DNA of 64,000 bases from IMG/VR virus record IMGVR_UViG_3300049592_000018, positions 1,149 to 65,148 of that record, one strand, 5' to 3'. Under the pieces are notes generated by a model. The model saw only the letters and a list, made by a program, of their open reading frames with translations. It was not told the origin of the DNA and ran no database searches. A program made the position numbers and the translations under genes. The first letter of the stretch is position 1. Each line of letters begins with the position of its first letter. Shown one piece after another: positions 16,678 to 26,281 of the stretch. The DNA comes from a virus.

Positions 16678-19284
16678 TTGTTCAATTTACCACAAGCTGG
16701 TCGGGACTCGGTCGAACTGGGAGGTGAGGTTTTAGCCGCGGCGCTGGCGCTGGCCGCCGGCGGAAGACGTGTGTTCCCGATCTGGGGACTGCGACGCGTG
16801 ATAATCCAGGTCGCGGGAGAGCCGACACCGGAGCTTCGGTGCGTCTGCCCGCTCGGTCCGACGTGCGACAACCCGGGCAAGCACCCGGTCGGTCGACTCG
16901 TACCGCACGGACACAACGACGCGGACGACGACCTCAACACGGTAAGACAGTGGTTCAACATCCCGGCGGACGGCGAGCGCGCCCCCGCCTGGGTGCCGTT
17001 CAACCTCGGGGTAACGCTCGGTCGTGGCTTGGTCGTCATCGATGCGGAGGCGCGATCGAACCGGCCGGACCTACCGACCGGTCTGGAGGTCCTAGACGAC
17101 TGGGAGTCGTGGACCGGGGGCACGTCGCTGCCGCCGGGTGCGCCGCGCAGCCGCTCCGGCTCCGGCGGCGTGCACGTCTGGCTGCGGGTCGATCCGAACC
17201 TACGCGTTAAATCGAGGCCGCGCGTGCTGCCGAACGTCGACCTGAAGGCGGACGGCGGGTACGTACTGGCGCCGCCGTCGGCTCACACGAGCGGCGGCTT
17301 CTACGAGTGGCTCGGGGGAATTCACGGCCCGGATGACGCGGACGACGCGGCGGGAGAGGCCGCACCGGACGCCGAGCTGCTCGGTTGGCTGCTAACCGCG
17401 AAGGGTGGCCGGTTCATCGCCCGGCGCGCCGCGGACTCGGCCACGAACGCGATCCCGGACGACTACAACTTTCACCAGATCATCGCCGGATCGGGCTGCC
17501 CCGCCGGTCACCGCGACTACTTCGTCAACGACCTGTGCTTCCGGCTGCGGCGCGCGGGAACGACCCGGCCGAAGGCCACCGAGGCGCTGCGCCGCGAGTG
17601 GCTGCGGATGGAGCAGCCGCCGGGTAACGTGTTCACCTGGGACGCCTGCCTGTATAAACTGCGCCGGGTCTGGGACGAGGTCGAACCGGAGGACGTCTCG
17701 GACATACCGGCGTGGCGACCTCCGGGTGGAAGCGGTGTCGTCGGGGGTGGCGTAGGCGGCGTAGGCGGCGACGCGGATGACGACGTCGCCGGCGCGGGTT
17801 GGCCAGCGGATCCGGTGCCGGACGGGTCGACGGAGGAGCTGGAGGCCGCCGGCGGCGCCGCGGGAGGAGCCGCGGGCGGGCTGGCCAGCGCGGCCGAGCT
17901 CCTGGAGCGCCCGGACCTGACGTTTCACCGGTCGGACACCGGGAACGGCGCCCGGTTCGCGCAGCGCATGCGGGACCTGGTGCGGCACTGCACCGGTGAG
18001 GGCAGGTGGTACATCTGGGACGGCGCGCGCTGGGCGCCGGACGTATTAAATAGGACGCTGTACATCACCACCGAGATCGTGCGGGACCTGCACGTCGAGG
18101 CCGCCCGGGAGCGCGGACCGGACCGGGAGCAGCTGGAGAACTGGGCCCGGCTGTCCGAGTCGATCGGTCGGCGCCGCGCGATGCTCGAGGCCGCGGGCGT
18201 CGAGCCCGGGATCGCGATCACACCGGACCAGCTGGACTCGGACCCGGCGCTGCTGGTCGTGCGCAACGGAACCCTGGACCTGCGGTCCGGGACACTGCGC
18301 GCCTCGGAGCCGACGGACCTAAACACACGCCGGGCGGACGTCGAGTTCAACGCCGCCGCGACGTGTCCGCTGTGGCTGGAGCACGTCGAGCTGGTCACGG
18401 GAGGCGACCCGGCGCTGGCGGCCTGGCTGCGGCGCGCCGTCGGGTACACCCTAACGGGATCGACCGGTGAGCACAAGGTGTTCTTCCTCCAGGGGTCGGG
18501 GTCCAACGGTAAGAGCACGTTCGTGGACGTCATCGCAAAGATCATGGGCGACTACGCGAACCGGGCGGATGAGAGCCTGATCACCGGCTCGGGGGGTCAC
18601 CCGACGCAGCTGGCGGACCTGCGCGGCGCGCGGCTGGTCGTCGTGGACGAGACCGACCGCGAGAAGAAGCTCGCCGAGTCGCGGATCAAGCTGCTGACCG
18701 GTCGGGAGATCAAGGCCCGGTTCATGCGCGAGAACTTCTTCACGTACACGCCACGGTTCAAGGTCTGGATCGCGGGCAACCACAAGCCGGAGGTCCGGGG
18801 CGCCGACGACGGGATCTGGCGCAGGCTGCAGCTCGTGCCGTTCGACGCGAAGTTCGGGGCGGACCGTAAGATCGTCGACTACGATGAGGTGCTGCTGTCG
18901 GAGGCGTCCGGGATCCTGAACTGGGCGCTGGGCGGCCTGGCGGACCGGGACCAGCTCGGCGGGCTCGGCGAGCCGGAGGTCGTCCGGCGGGCGACGCGCG
19001 AGTACCGGGACGAGGAGGACGTGATCGGCGCCTGGCTGCGGGAGCGTGTGGACATCGGGGTACCGGACGTGTGCACGACCGCGGCGCAGCTGTTCGGGTC
19101 GCTGCGCCAGTGGTGCCAGCTCAACGGCCACGACGAGTCGAAGGAGACCACGACCAAGCTCGGCCGGGAGCTGCGCGCCCGGGGGCTTACCAGCGACAAC
19201 CGCCGCATCGGCGGTCGGATGACGCGGGTCTGGTTGGGCGTCAGGCTGGCGGGTTCGGGCGTCGGACCGGACGGCGAGCTGTGA
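16678..19284 (+). CDS. Bifunctional primase-polymerase / D5-like SF3 helicase (P4-family primase-helicase)
   Basis: Prim-pol motifs FNLGV, VVIDAE, SGSGGVHVW, DLKADGGYVLAPPS; Zn motif CVC...C...H; helicase GSGSNGKST, VVVDE, GNHKP. Start reassigned to TTG 16678 after GAGGAGG. Confidence 0.92.
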   Translation: MFNLPQAGRDSVELGGEVLAAALALAAGGRRVFPIWGLRRVIIQVAGEPTPELRCVCPLGPTCDNPGKHPVGRLVPHGHNDADDDLNTVRQWFNIPADGERAPAWVPFNLGVTLGRGLVVIDAEARSNRPDLPTGLEVLDDWESWTGGTSLPPGAPRSRSGSGGVHVWLRVDPNLRVKSRPRVLPNVDLKADGGYVLAPPSAHTSGGFYEWLGGIHGPDDADDAAGEAAPDAELLGWLLTAKGGRFIARRAADSATNAIPDDYNFHQIIAGSGCPAGHRDYFVNDLCFRLRRAGTTRPKATEALRREWLRMEQPPGNVFTWDACLYKLRRVWDEVEPEDVSDIPAWRPPGGSGVVGGGVGGVGGDADDDVAGAGWPADPVPDGSTEELEAAGGAAGGAAGGLASAAELLERPDLTFHRSDTGNGARFAQRMRDLVRHCTGEGRWYIWDGARWAPDVLNRTLYITTEIVRDLHVEAARERGPDREQLENWARLSESIGRRRAMLEAAGVEPGIAITPDQLDSDPALLVVRNGTLDLRSGTLRASEPTDLNTRRADVEFNAAATCPLWLEHVELVTGGDPALAAWLRRAVGYTLTGSTGEHKVFFLQGSGSNGKSTFVDVIAKIMGDYANRADESLITGSGGHPTQLADLRGARLVVVDETDREKKLAESRIKLLTGREIKARFMRENFFTYTPRFKVWIAGNHKPEVRGADDGIWRRLQLVPFDAKFGADRKIVDYDEVLLSEASGILNWALGGLADRDQLGGLGEPEVVRRATREYRDEEDVIGAWLRERVDIGVPDVCTTAAQLFGSLRQWCQLNGHDESKETTTKLGRELRARGLTSDNRRIGGRMTRVWLGVRLAGSGVGPDGEL

Positions 19285-19351
19285 TGTCGGGGGGAGGTTG
19301 GGGTGTGAGTTTGTGCGAGGTCTGGGCGCGATCTGGGTGTGAGTGGGTGAT

Positions 19352-19710
19352 AACAGGTTCCGTAACAGGTTGACCGTGAGATTGAAACAGTTTCCGGTTG
19401 AAACAGGTTTTGAAACAGGTTGTGAAACAGGTTTGGATTTTGATGACTTAAGTGTGATCATACGGTTTGAAGTCGAGAAACGGTAGTAGTAGTAGCTATA
19501 TCTTAATATTAGTTGAAACAGGAAACAGGTTATTTTGAATTATTGCAACGCAAGGCCGAACGGGTTGCAACTACACTCATCTAAAACTTCACGCGGTCGC
19601 TGGCCGGTAATGTCCGGATCTGTACCGTGATTGTGATATCATATTGGATCTCCGTTCTAGAGCGGCCGAACGAACGCGAAAACCGGCTACACCTGTTTCA
19701 CCTGTTTCAG
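19352..19710. repeat. Iteron-like (GA)AACAGGTT repeats; candidate replication origin or packaging site
   Basis: About 8 direct copies (19352, 19364, 19384, 19400, 19412, 19424, 19515, 19522), three of them at 12-bp period, plus two inverted CCTGTTTCA copies near 19693-19709, around an AT-rich core. Confidence 0.7.
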
Positions 19711-19795
19711 CCCGGAAGTGAGGCGGTTTTGGGTGACCGGATGCGGTAGGAGGTTAGGTGAGAGTTCGGTATGAGGTAGGGTCGGAGGTGAATCG

Positions 19796-20608
19796 GTGGA
19801 GGTCGGATCGGAGCTGTCGGATGAGCAGCGACGTGAGGTGGAGGAGGCGTTTGAGTACGCCCACCGGAGGTTTCACACGCTCGGCGAGGGGACGATCGCG
19901 GACGTGGAGACGCTGGCGTGGCCGGGTGACGGGATCGGACCGTCGGGAGGTCGATTGAGGCGCAACCCGGACGTCACGCTCTGCTTTGCTAGGATAACTC
20001 GGGGGAGGCGGGAGGGCGAGCTCTGTGATCGTCCGGCGGGAGCCGGAACGGAGCACCCGGGGGTAGGTCGCTGTAGTAGTCACGGAGGAGACACGCCGGA
20101 GGGGCGGCGGGAGGGAGCGTGGATCGTGGCTCACGCGTTTGCGCTGGCGCTAGACGTGACGCCGTGGGAGGGTCTGCTAACGGCGGTGAGGATCGCGGCG
20201 GGGCGTGTGGCGTACATCGAGGCTAAGCTAGCCACGGCCGAGGTCGACCGGCAGCTGGAGCCGCCGAAGGACAACGCGATCAGTGAGGCGGGACGTGTCC
20301 AGGACCAGCAGGGCACGAACATGCACCACTGGGTTAAGCAGGCCGAGTACTGGACGGATCGACTGGCCAAGGTCTCGAAGATGGCCATTGACGCCGGCGT
20401 GGCCGAACGCATGGTGAGGCAGCTGGAGCTGGAGGCGCAGCTCATGCTGCGAGCGACCAACCTGACGCTGGATGAACTGGGACTTGATGAGGAGCAGCGG
20501 CAGCGCGCGCTTGTTATAATGAGTAGGAACCTGCTGCGGCTGGAGCGTCGTGAACTGGCGGGTGAGGTGTTAAGTGAGGCAGATGAGGAGGAGCTGACCG
20601 GTGAGTGA
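19796..20608 (+). CDS. Terminase small subunit-like protein (HGG-motif zinc knuckle)
   Basis: C-x-A...C...GRCSSHGG motif followed by helical oligomerisation-type segments typical of actinophage TerS. Confidence 0.7.
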   Translation: MEVGSELSDEQRREVEEAFEYAHRRFHTLGEGTIADVETLAWPGDGIGPSGGRLRRNPDVTLCFARITRGRREGELCDRPAGAGTEHPGVGRCSSHGGDTPEGRREGAWIVAHAFALALDVTPWEGLLTAVRIAAGRVAYIEAKLATAEVDRQLEPPKDNAISEAGRVQDQQGTNMHHWVKQAEYWTDRLAKVSKMAIDAGVAERMVRQLELEAQLMLRATNLTLDELGLDEEQRQRALVIMSRNLLRLERRELAGEVLSEADEEELTGE

Positions 20609-20993
20609 AGGCAGCATTCGTGACCTGGTGAGGCGTGTTAAACCACTCGCGCGCGTGGACAGTGAGATCGTCGGTTCGGTGACGAAGCTGCTACTGGACG
20701 AGTTCGCCGGTCTGATCTCGGTGGTTGAGTTTCGGCACGGTGTACCGCGAGGAGATCATTACCACGAACGGCGCACCGAGACGTTGTACATCGTCGCGGG
20801 GAATTTGTTCGCGCACTTCGTCGACGTAGACACGCGTGTGGGATGGTACATGAACATATGCGCGGGTGAAATGATCACCGTGTCGCCACGTGTGGCGCAC
20901 CGCTACGTCGCGCACGAGGACTCGCTCGCGGTGGAGATCGTGCGTGAGGTGTTCGAACCGGATGATGTTGTTCTTGTGAATTGGTTTGATTGA
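20601..20993 (+). CDS. Cupin (RmlC/WxcM-like) putative sugar epimerase or isomerase
   Basis: RGDHYHERRTETLYIVAG and VSPRVAHRY cupin motifs 1 and 2. Confidence 0.75.
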   Translation: MSEGSIRDLVRRVKPLARVDSEIVGSVTKLLLDEFAGLISVVEFRHGVPRGDHYHERRTETLYIVAGNLFAHFVDVDTRVGWYMNICAGEMITVSPRVAHRYVAHEDSLAVEIVREVFEPDDVVLVNWFD

Positions 20994-21013
20994 TCACATT
21001 TATGTGGTAGGAT
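20985..21013 (+). promoter_or_regulatory. Promoter with TCACA-N4-TGTG(A) palindromic spacer
   Basis: TCACATTTATGTGG (20994-21007) abuts -10 TAGGAT; ATG follows 7 nt later (leaderless). Confidence 0.6.
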
Positions 21014-21020
21014 CTAATCT

Positions 21021-21356
21021 ATGAGGGCGCAACCGAGGTTGAACTCTAAGACACGCGATAAGCGTATTACGCAGAAACCGGTGGCACGAGGCGCTCAAAC
21101 ACGTCAGTCGTTGGAGCACGAGCTGTCCAATACCCGACGTAACCTGGTGTATCGCACCGACTCGGAGCTGTTTGCGGCGCGAAGCAGCGAAAGGTGGTCC
21201 GACTATCACGGTAGTAAGACGCCACCACGTCGTGTGGATGAACGTGAGGCTACGTGCATTGTTCGTGATCGCGAGGCCGGTCTGAGCTGGGCCGACCTGG
21301 AGGTTCGTTACGGACGCGCGATCCAGACGCTGAAGCGCATCTGTGAGCGTGCGTGA
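21021..21356 (+). CDS. Hypothetical protein with C-terminal HTH-like motif
   Basis: GLSWADLEVRYGRAIQTLKRIC resembles a helix-turn-helix; leaderless start. Confidence 0.6.
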   Translation: MRAQPRLNSKTRDKRITQKPVARGAQTRQSLEHELSNTRRNLVYRTDSELFAARSSERWSDYHGSKTPPRRVDEREATCIVRDREAGLSWADLEVRYGRAIQTLKRICERA

Positions 21357-21384
21357 GGTTAAGTGAGAGAAGTGAGGATGTTTC

Positions 21385-21621
21385 GTGAATCAACCCTACC
21401 GGGGTCGTACCCTGCTCGGTAAGTTTAGAGGTGCCGCGGGTGATCTTAAGTCAACGCGCGAGTCGGGCGGCCTGTTCGGTCCGTCACGCGGCAACGGCGG
21501 TGGTGGAGGCAACGGGGGTGGGGGTAGCGGCGGGAGGTCCGGCTGCCGGGCTCGAATCATACGCTGGCTCGTGATCGGCGCGGTGATCGCCGTCATAATC
21601 CTGTACATTCGACTACGATAA
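21385..21621 (+). CDS. Gly-rich protein with C-terminal membrane anchor
   Basis: GNGGGGGNGGGGSGG then WLVIGAVIAVIILYI; GAGGA RBS. Confidence 0.6.
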   Translation: MNQPYRGRTLLGKFRGAAGDLKSTRESGGLFGPSRGNGGGGGNGGGGSGGRSGCRARIIRWLVIGAVIAVIILYIRLR

Positions 21622-22205
21622 GAGGGAGAAATAGTGAGTGAACTCATCATGGTGTCGGAGATTCCACGAACCATTAACCCATCGGTGGGTGCGGTCTGCC
21701 TGCTGTCGATGCTCGGCTTTGCGGCGTTGATCGTCGCGCTGAAGTTGATGTTCAGGAAGCCACCGAGGTGATGTACCGGCGGCGTCGGATTAGGACGCTT
21801 AACAACATCGCGGAGGGCTGCCTCGCGGCGGCTATAATCTTCCTCGCGGCGGTGACGTTTGCTACGATCATTACCGCGATCATGGGTAGGTAGTAGTTGG
21901 AGGTAGAGTCGTGCGGGAGCGCATGCTCGCTAGCAACGCTTGGGACTCACGAAGTCACGTGTGGCGTTATCGTGACAACGCGGCGGTGCGACGTAGATAC
22001 CGCTCACGTGAAATCTCACGTGAGCGCAGACGGGAATTACGCGAGTACCAAGCCGCCGATAACTCGGCGGACTATGATTGTGACATGCGTCACCTAGGAT
22101 ACTGGGACGACTGCCATCTCTGTGACGCTGATTCACTTAATTTAGCGGCGCTCGACACGGTTGACTTCAACGACGGAGTATACACCGCCTAATCCGCCGA
22201 CCAGG

Positions 22206-22235
22206 TTGGCATTGATCTCGTTTATGTGATAGGAT
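22206..22235 (+). promoter_or_regulatory. Promoter with degenerate palindromic spacer
   Basis: TTGGCA...TCTCGTTTATGTGA-TAGGAT; ATG at 22242. Confidence 0.5.
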
Positions 22236-22241
22236 GGACAC

Positions 22242-22442
22242 ATGAGGAAAACAACGATCGCGTCACTCATCGCGGCGCTGGTGCTGTCCGTCGCGGCGGC
22301 GTGTCCCACCGGTGAGCTTGAGGACTGCGACGCGGAGGATCGCCGTAATCGTGAGGCGGAGTGCGGCTACGTTCACGACAAGAACACCAAGAACCCGGTG
22401 AACGTGAACACCAAGAAGCCCACAGTCAAAAAGCCGGGGTAG
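22242..22442 (+). CDS. Putative small lipoprotein
   Basis: Signal peptide MRKTTIASLIAALVLSVAAAC with a lipobox-like Cys. Confidence 0.6.
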   Translation: MRKTTIASLIAALVLSVAAACPTGELEDCDAEDRRNREAECGYVHDKNTKNPVNVNTKKPTVKKPG

Positions 22443-23012
22443 GATCGTGCTGACGTGGCTGCGTCGCCGGCGGGTAGCGACCCCGGCAACCCCACCACTG
22501 ACCCGGACCGTACCGACCGCACCGGCGGTACGCCTGGCGCACTGGCACCGCTTAACACGCGAAGAAAAGCGTGCGTTTAGGCCGTACGTGCTCGGTTGGG
22601 AGGAGGGTTACGAGGCGGCGCTTCGAGCGTTCCGCGAGCGCGGCTTCGTACCCGACGTCACCAACTACACCCAACGAGGAGGTTGAGGTGAGCTCACGCA
22701 TCAGGCCTCGGTGCACGGCGACGTGCCCGCGGATCTGCCACCGCGCGGATAAGATCGGCGTGGTCCGTGAGGCGTACGCGCGGGCGCGGTGGACGGCGCC
22801 AACCGTGTTGATTGCGCTGCTCGTGGTCGGCGCGCTAGTCACGGGAAGTTAAGTGAGGATGAGGAGGTAGAGGAAGTTGGGTGATAAGCCACCGAGGCTG
22901 GTGACCGGCTGGATGGTGTTCGGCTTTACCGCCGGGGTCGTGCTGCTGTTGATCTGGCTGATGTCCGTTAACTAGGTATTAAAAATTAAGATAGGGATAG
23001 GTGAGTTTTTAG

Positions 23013-23213
23013 GTGCCACTACTAATCGCCATCATTCTCGGTGTGTGTGCCATCATCGCGTCGAAGGCGGGAATGAAACGGTTCGCTAAGTTTCTTGGTC
23101 TGATCGGTATCATCACGTTCATCTACTGGCTCGCCAGTGGACCCGGATTTACGGCCCTCGACTGGCTCGAGGATCCCAAGGTCGACGTCCCCGACGTGGA
23201 CATCAACAGGTAA
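23013..23213 (+). CDS. Small two-helix membrane protein
   Basis: Two hydrophobic segments. Confidence 0.55.
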   Translation: MPLLIAIILGVCAIIASKAGMKRFAKFLGLIGIITFIYWLASGPGFTALDWLEDPKVDVPDVDINR

Positions 23214-23320
23214 CGGAGAGGAAAAACGTAGTGAAGAACTTCATCGCGGCCGCCATCGGCATCACAGCCGCGCTGCTGATCGTGCTCGTCGTCGGTCCGG
23301 CGCTTGGGCTCTGGTAACCG

Positions 23321-23689
23321 GTGAAGCGTTCCACCAAGGTGGTCCTCGGTAGCATCGCGACGATCGTAGCGGGAGTGACGTGCTACGGCGTCGTGAGGGC
23401 GGCCGAGGCCACCGATATCGATGATGCCGAGTACACCCAGGTGTGCGTTGATCGGAGTGATCCACCGATCCGTGTGGATGATGAAAACTGCCCCGACGGG
23501 GGAGTCTCGGGCAGTAGCGGTAACGCATTTCTGTGGTGGTACCTGCTGCGGACGCACGCCGTCGGGAGCGTGGGAAGTTCGATCAACCCGGCGCAGGGTT
23601 CGTATGTTCGCCCGGTCGGAGTTAAGATCTCCACGGCGTCGCGCGGTGGGTTCGGGGGTCGCGCGGCGTCGGGAGGTACCGGATCGTGA
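23321..23689 (+). CDS. Exported protein resembling DUF1190/YgiB-like proteins (C-terminal SRGGFG)
   Basis: N-terminal hydrophobic segment, VCVD...RVDDENC, and TASRGGFGG tail. Confidence 0.5.
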   Translation: MKRSTKVVLGSIATIVAGVTCYGVVRAAEATDIDDAEYTQVCVDRSDPPIRVDDENCPDGGVSGSSGNAFLWWYLLRTHAVGSVGSSINPAQGSYVRPVGVKISTASRGGFGGRAASGGTGS

Positions 23690-23758
23690 ACCTGATATAA
23701 TTATGATAGGTTAGCATACGGCTGATCTACACACGACATAAGGAGAAGAGAACACGAG

Positions 23759-24274
23759 ATGTCGACATCTAGGCGTGATGTAATCCGTGCTCGCATGCGC
23801 GAGCTCGAGGCGGAGCTTGCACGCTACGAGCGGTTTCCGGAGGACTCGCGGTGGCCGAACGGCACCGTGATTCGGTTCCGTAAGGAGCTGAAGATCGGAT
23901 ATCACTCACATACGCGCGACGTGGTGACCCATCCGTACACGTACGTCGTTCTGAAGGTTGGCGCCGACCGCTGGTACATCACCGGTAAGCGCGTTTCTCA
24001 GGCAGGCGTGGACCCGGAGGTTGGCTACGACGCGCTACTCGACTTCCTGGCGGACGTGACCGATATCGAGGTCGTGATGGCCTGGGGAACACCGGAGGCC
24101 GCGTTTAAGTGGAACGACGGCGTGGCCCTGACCGCGATCCAGGATGACGACGTTCAGGTCGCCGAACTGGCTGAGGTCATGCGCAAGGTGGTCGATGAGA
24201 TCAACAAGCACGACCGCGGCGAGGTTGAGGACGTCGAGAATGATGACAACGATGACAAACGTCGCCAGGATTGA
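23759..24274 (+). CDS. Hypothetical protein
   Basis: 171 aa, AAGGAG upstream, phage-like codon use. Confidence 0.7.
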   Translation: MSTSRRDVIRARMRELEAELARYERFPEDSRWPNGTVIRFRKELKIGYHSHTRDVVTHPYTYVVLKVGADRWYITGKRVSQAGVDPEVGYDALLDFLADVTDIEVVMAWGTPEAAFKWNDGVALTAIQDDDVQVAELAEVMRKVVDEINKHDRGEVEDVENDDNDDKRRQD

Positions 24275-24815
24275 CGCCTGGCTCGCCGAGGCGCGGGCCA
24301 ACATTAAGCCGGACCGGGTTCGCCTCCTCGTGGAGGCGACCCGGTCGGGTCGCTACAGGCAGACCGTCAGCTACCTGTGTCGCAACAAGGTTGACCCGGA
24401 CACCGGGGTCACGGGTCCGTGCTACTGCATCCTCGGACTGGCCACCCAGGTGGCCATCGAGAACGGCCTCGAGAACGTCGTCTGGAGGGGGATTACCGGC
24501 GAGTGGCCCGCCGCCGTTGTGTTGGCCGCTGCGGTATGTTGCTGCGCCCTGTGCGTTGAGCTCGACCCGGACCTGCGACGACCTCACGAGGAGTCGACCG
24601 ATACGGAGCTCCTGTCCGATGTGCAGGAGTGGTACGGCTTCGACATAGAGCTGCCCAGCGTCGTCGATCGCGACACCGGTGAGATTCGTGAACTGGCCGA
24701 GCTTAACGACCTAGGATACACACTACCGCGGCTCGGTGACATGATCGCATACACATACCTCGGTGAGGAGGTAACCCGTGTTGAGTCTTCGAAGTCGTCC
24801 GGGCTCGGAGGATAA
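24240..24815 (+). CDS. Hypothetical protein (CYCILG motif)
   Basis: SGRYRQ...LC...CYCILG...LAELNDLGYT; overlaps the upstream gene; start uncertain. Confidence 0.65.
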   Translation: MMTTMTNVARIDAWLAEARANIKPDRVRLLVEATRSGRYRQTVSYLCRNKVDPDTGVTGPCYCILGLATQVAIENGLENVVWRGITGEWPAAVVLAAAVCCCALCVELDPDLRRPHEESTDTELLSDVQEWYGFDIELPSVVDRDTGEIRELAELNDLGYTLPRLGDMIAYTYLGEEVTRVESSKSSGLGG

Positions 24816-25195
24816 GCTTTACATCTTTAAGCTGGCGCGACGCTGGTACGCGCGCTGCAACCACTGCCTCACGCAGCGGCGTCAGGTGCGGATCGCGTCG
24901 TCACCGTCGCACCGTGAGACGTTGGAGTGGGCCTGCGGTCACGCGCGGGTCTACCACGGGGTGGTGATCTGATGCCGATGCGCCGCGGCGCGCGACCCGC
25001 GTGGGATCCCCTGGCGTCGGCACGTCCACCGAAGCGTGAGCTCTCCGTGCTGGAGACGCAGTCGACGGAGAAGATTCATCTTACGCGACTGCTGATGGCC
25101 GAGGCGGCGCTGGAGCTGCCGCCCAATGAACGTGAGCGTGAGCTCGCCGAGGTCCTGCGCGCGTTGGGGATTCACTCTAGAATGGAGGTTTCTCG

Positions 25196-25501
25196 GTGAC
25201 CGATCACGACACATTTCAGGGCATCGACGTCAATGAGTTCACAACGCGTACGATCTACGGGATCTTTAACGATCCGGAGGTGTTCGAGCCGCGGTTCGCG
25301 TCCGGTGAGCTGAATTCGTCGCTGCGCGCGCCGCTGATCGAGACGCCGCTCTACGAGGATGAATCGCTTAAGCGTACGATGGACCACGCACGGCTCATGA
25401 CCGACGACCGCCGGCTCAACGGTAACGATGATCCGGTCGTTATCAAGAAGATGGTCGAGCTTCGGTCTCCCTGGGGACCGATCGACGACACACCTGCCTA
25501 A
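25196..25501 (+). CDS. Hypothetical protein
   Basis: GGAGG RBS and GTGA overlap with the upstream ORF. Confidence 0.6.
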   Translation: MTDHDTFQGIDVNEFTTRTIYGIFNDPEVFEPRFASGELNSSLRAPLIETPLYEDESLKRTMDHARLMTDDRRLNGNDDPVVIKKMVELRSPWGPIDDTPA

Positions 25502-25571
25502 CCCTAAACCGACCTGGTATGCTGAAAACGCCTTCAAGTAGTTCGCCGTAACTCACCACCACTTCATCACG

Positions 25572-25610
25572 AAGACCTCCTCGCGGGTAACGGGGAGGTC
25601 TCCGTGTTTT
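25572..25610 (+). terminator. Terminator-like hairpin
   Basis: AGACCTCC/GGAGGTCT stem followed by GTGTTT. Confidence 0.5.
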
Positions 25611-26010
25611 ACATACCTAAACTCGCCTGCTACATTTAACACCATGAAACGTGTGTTTATGTTTAGTTGGCGTTCGCCACCTCGGGATCGCTCACGTCCG
25701 CTCCGCTCGGACGTCATCGGCACCTACCTGCTCAACGCGACGCTTTTGGTGTTCCTGCTGTACAGCATCATCGCGTCGCTCGGTCTCGGACACATCAACG
25801 CTAGGTAGTGTTAGGATGGAATCATGGACATCTACGCAATGATCTTCATATTTCTAACGATCGTCGCCGGACTCAAGGCGATCGAGCACCGCGGTCACGC
25901 GCCGATGTACACCTTCTGGTCGTTCGCCGTGTATCCCCTCGCCATCATTGCGATTCTTCTCTTGGTGTTAGCATGAGATGTAATTTTAGAAACTGCGTGA
26001 CTTAGGGGCT

Positions 26011-26256
26011 GTGACGTTGAAGAAGTTTATCACGAACGCCGAGTTTAATCAGGTCCTCGAGCTGCTCGGCCTGCCGGGTGAGACGATCTCCATTGAGATT
26101 CGTGGTCGTAGGTCGTGGGTGATGACCGGTGTCAACTCTGGATGGGCTATGCGTGCAGTGATCGGTGGTCAGGACGGCGAACCCTACACGGAGCGCGTCG
26201 TCTACGTCCCGGTGCTGCTGCCGCAGGACGTCACCCCCGCCGAGGGCTTGATGTGA
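26011..26256 (+). CDS. Hypothetical protein
   Basis: 81-aa ORF immediately upstream of TerL. Confidence 0.55.
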   Translation: MTLKKFITNAEFNQVLELLGLPGETISIEIRGRRSWVMTGVNSGWAMRAVIGGQDGEPYTERVVYVPVLLPQDVTPAEGLM

Positions 26257-26281
26257 AATTCCCTACTAGGTATCGACCAGC

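Noticed and set aside
18451-19461. 336-aa minus-strand ORF and similar long overlapping ORFs (e.g. 40762-41712, 28644-29540)
   Set aside because: Antisense frames kept open by high GC3 codon bias in real genes; no motifs or RBS.
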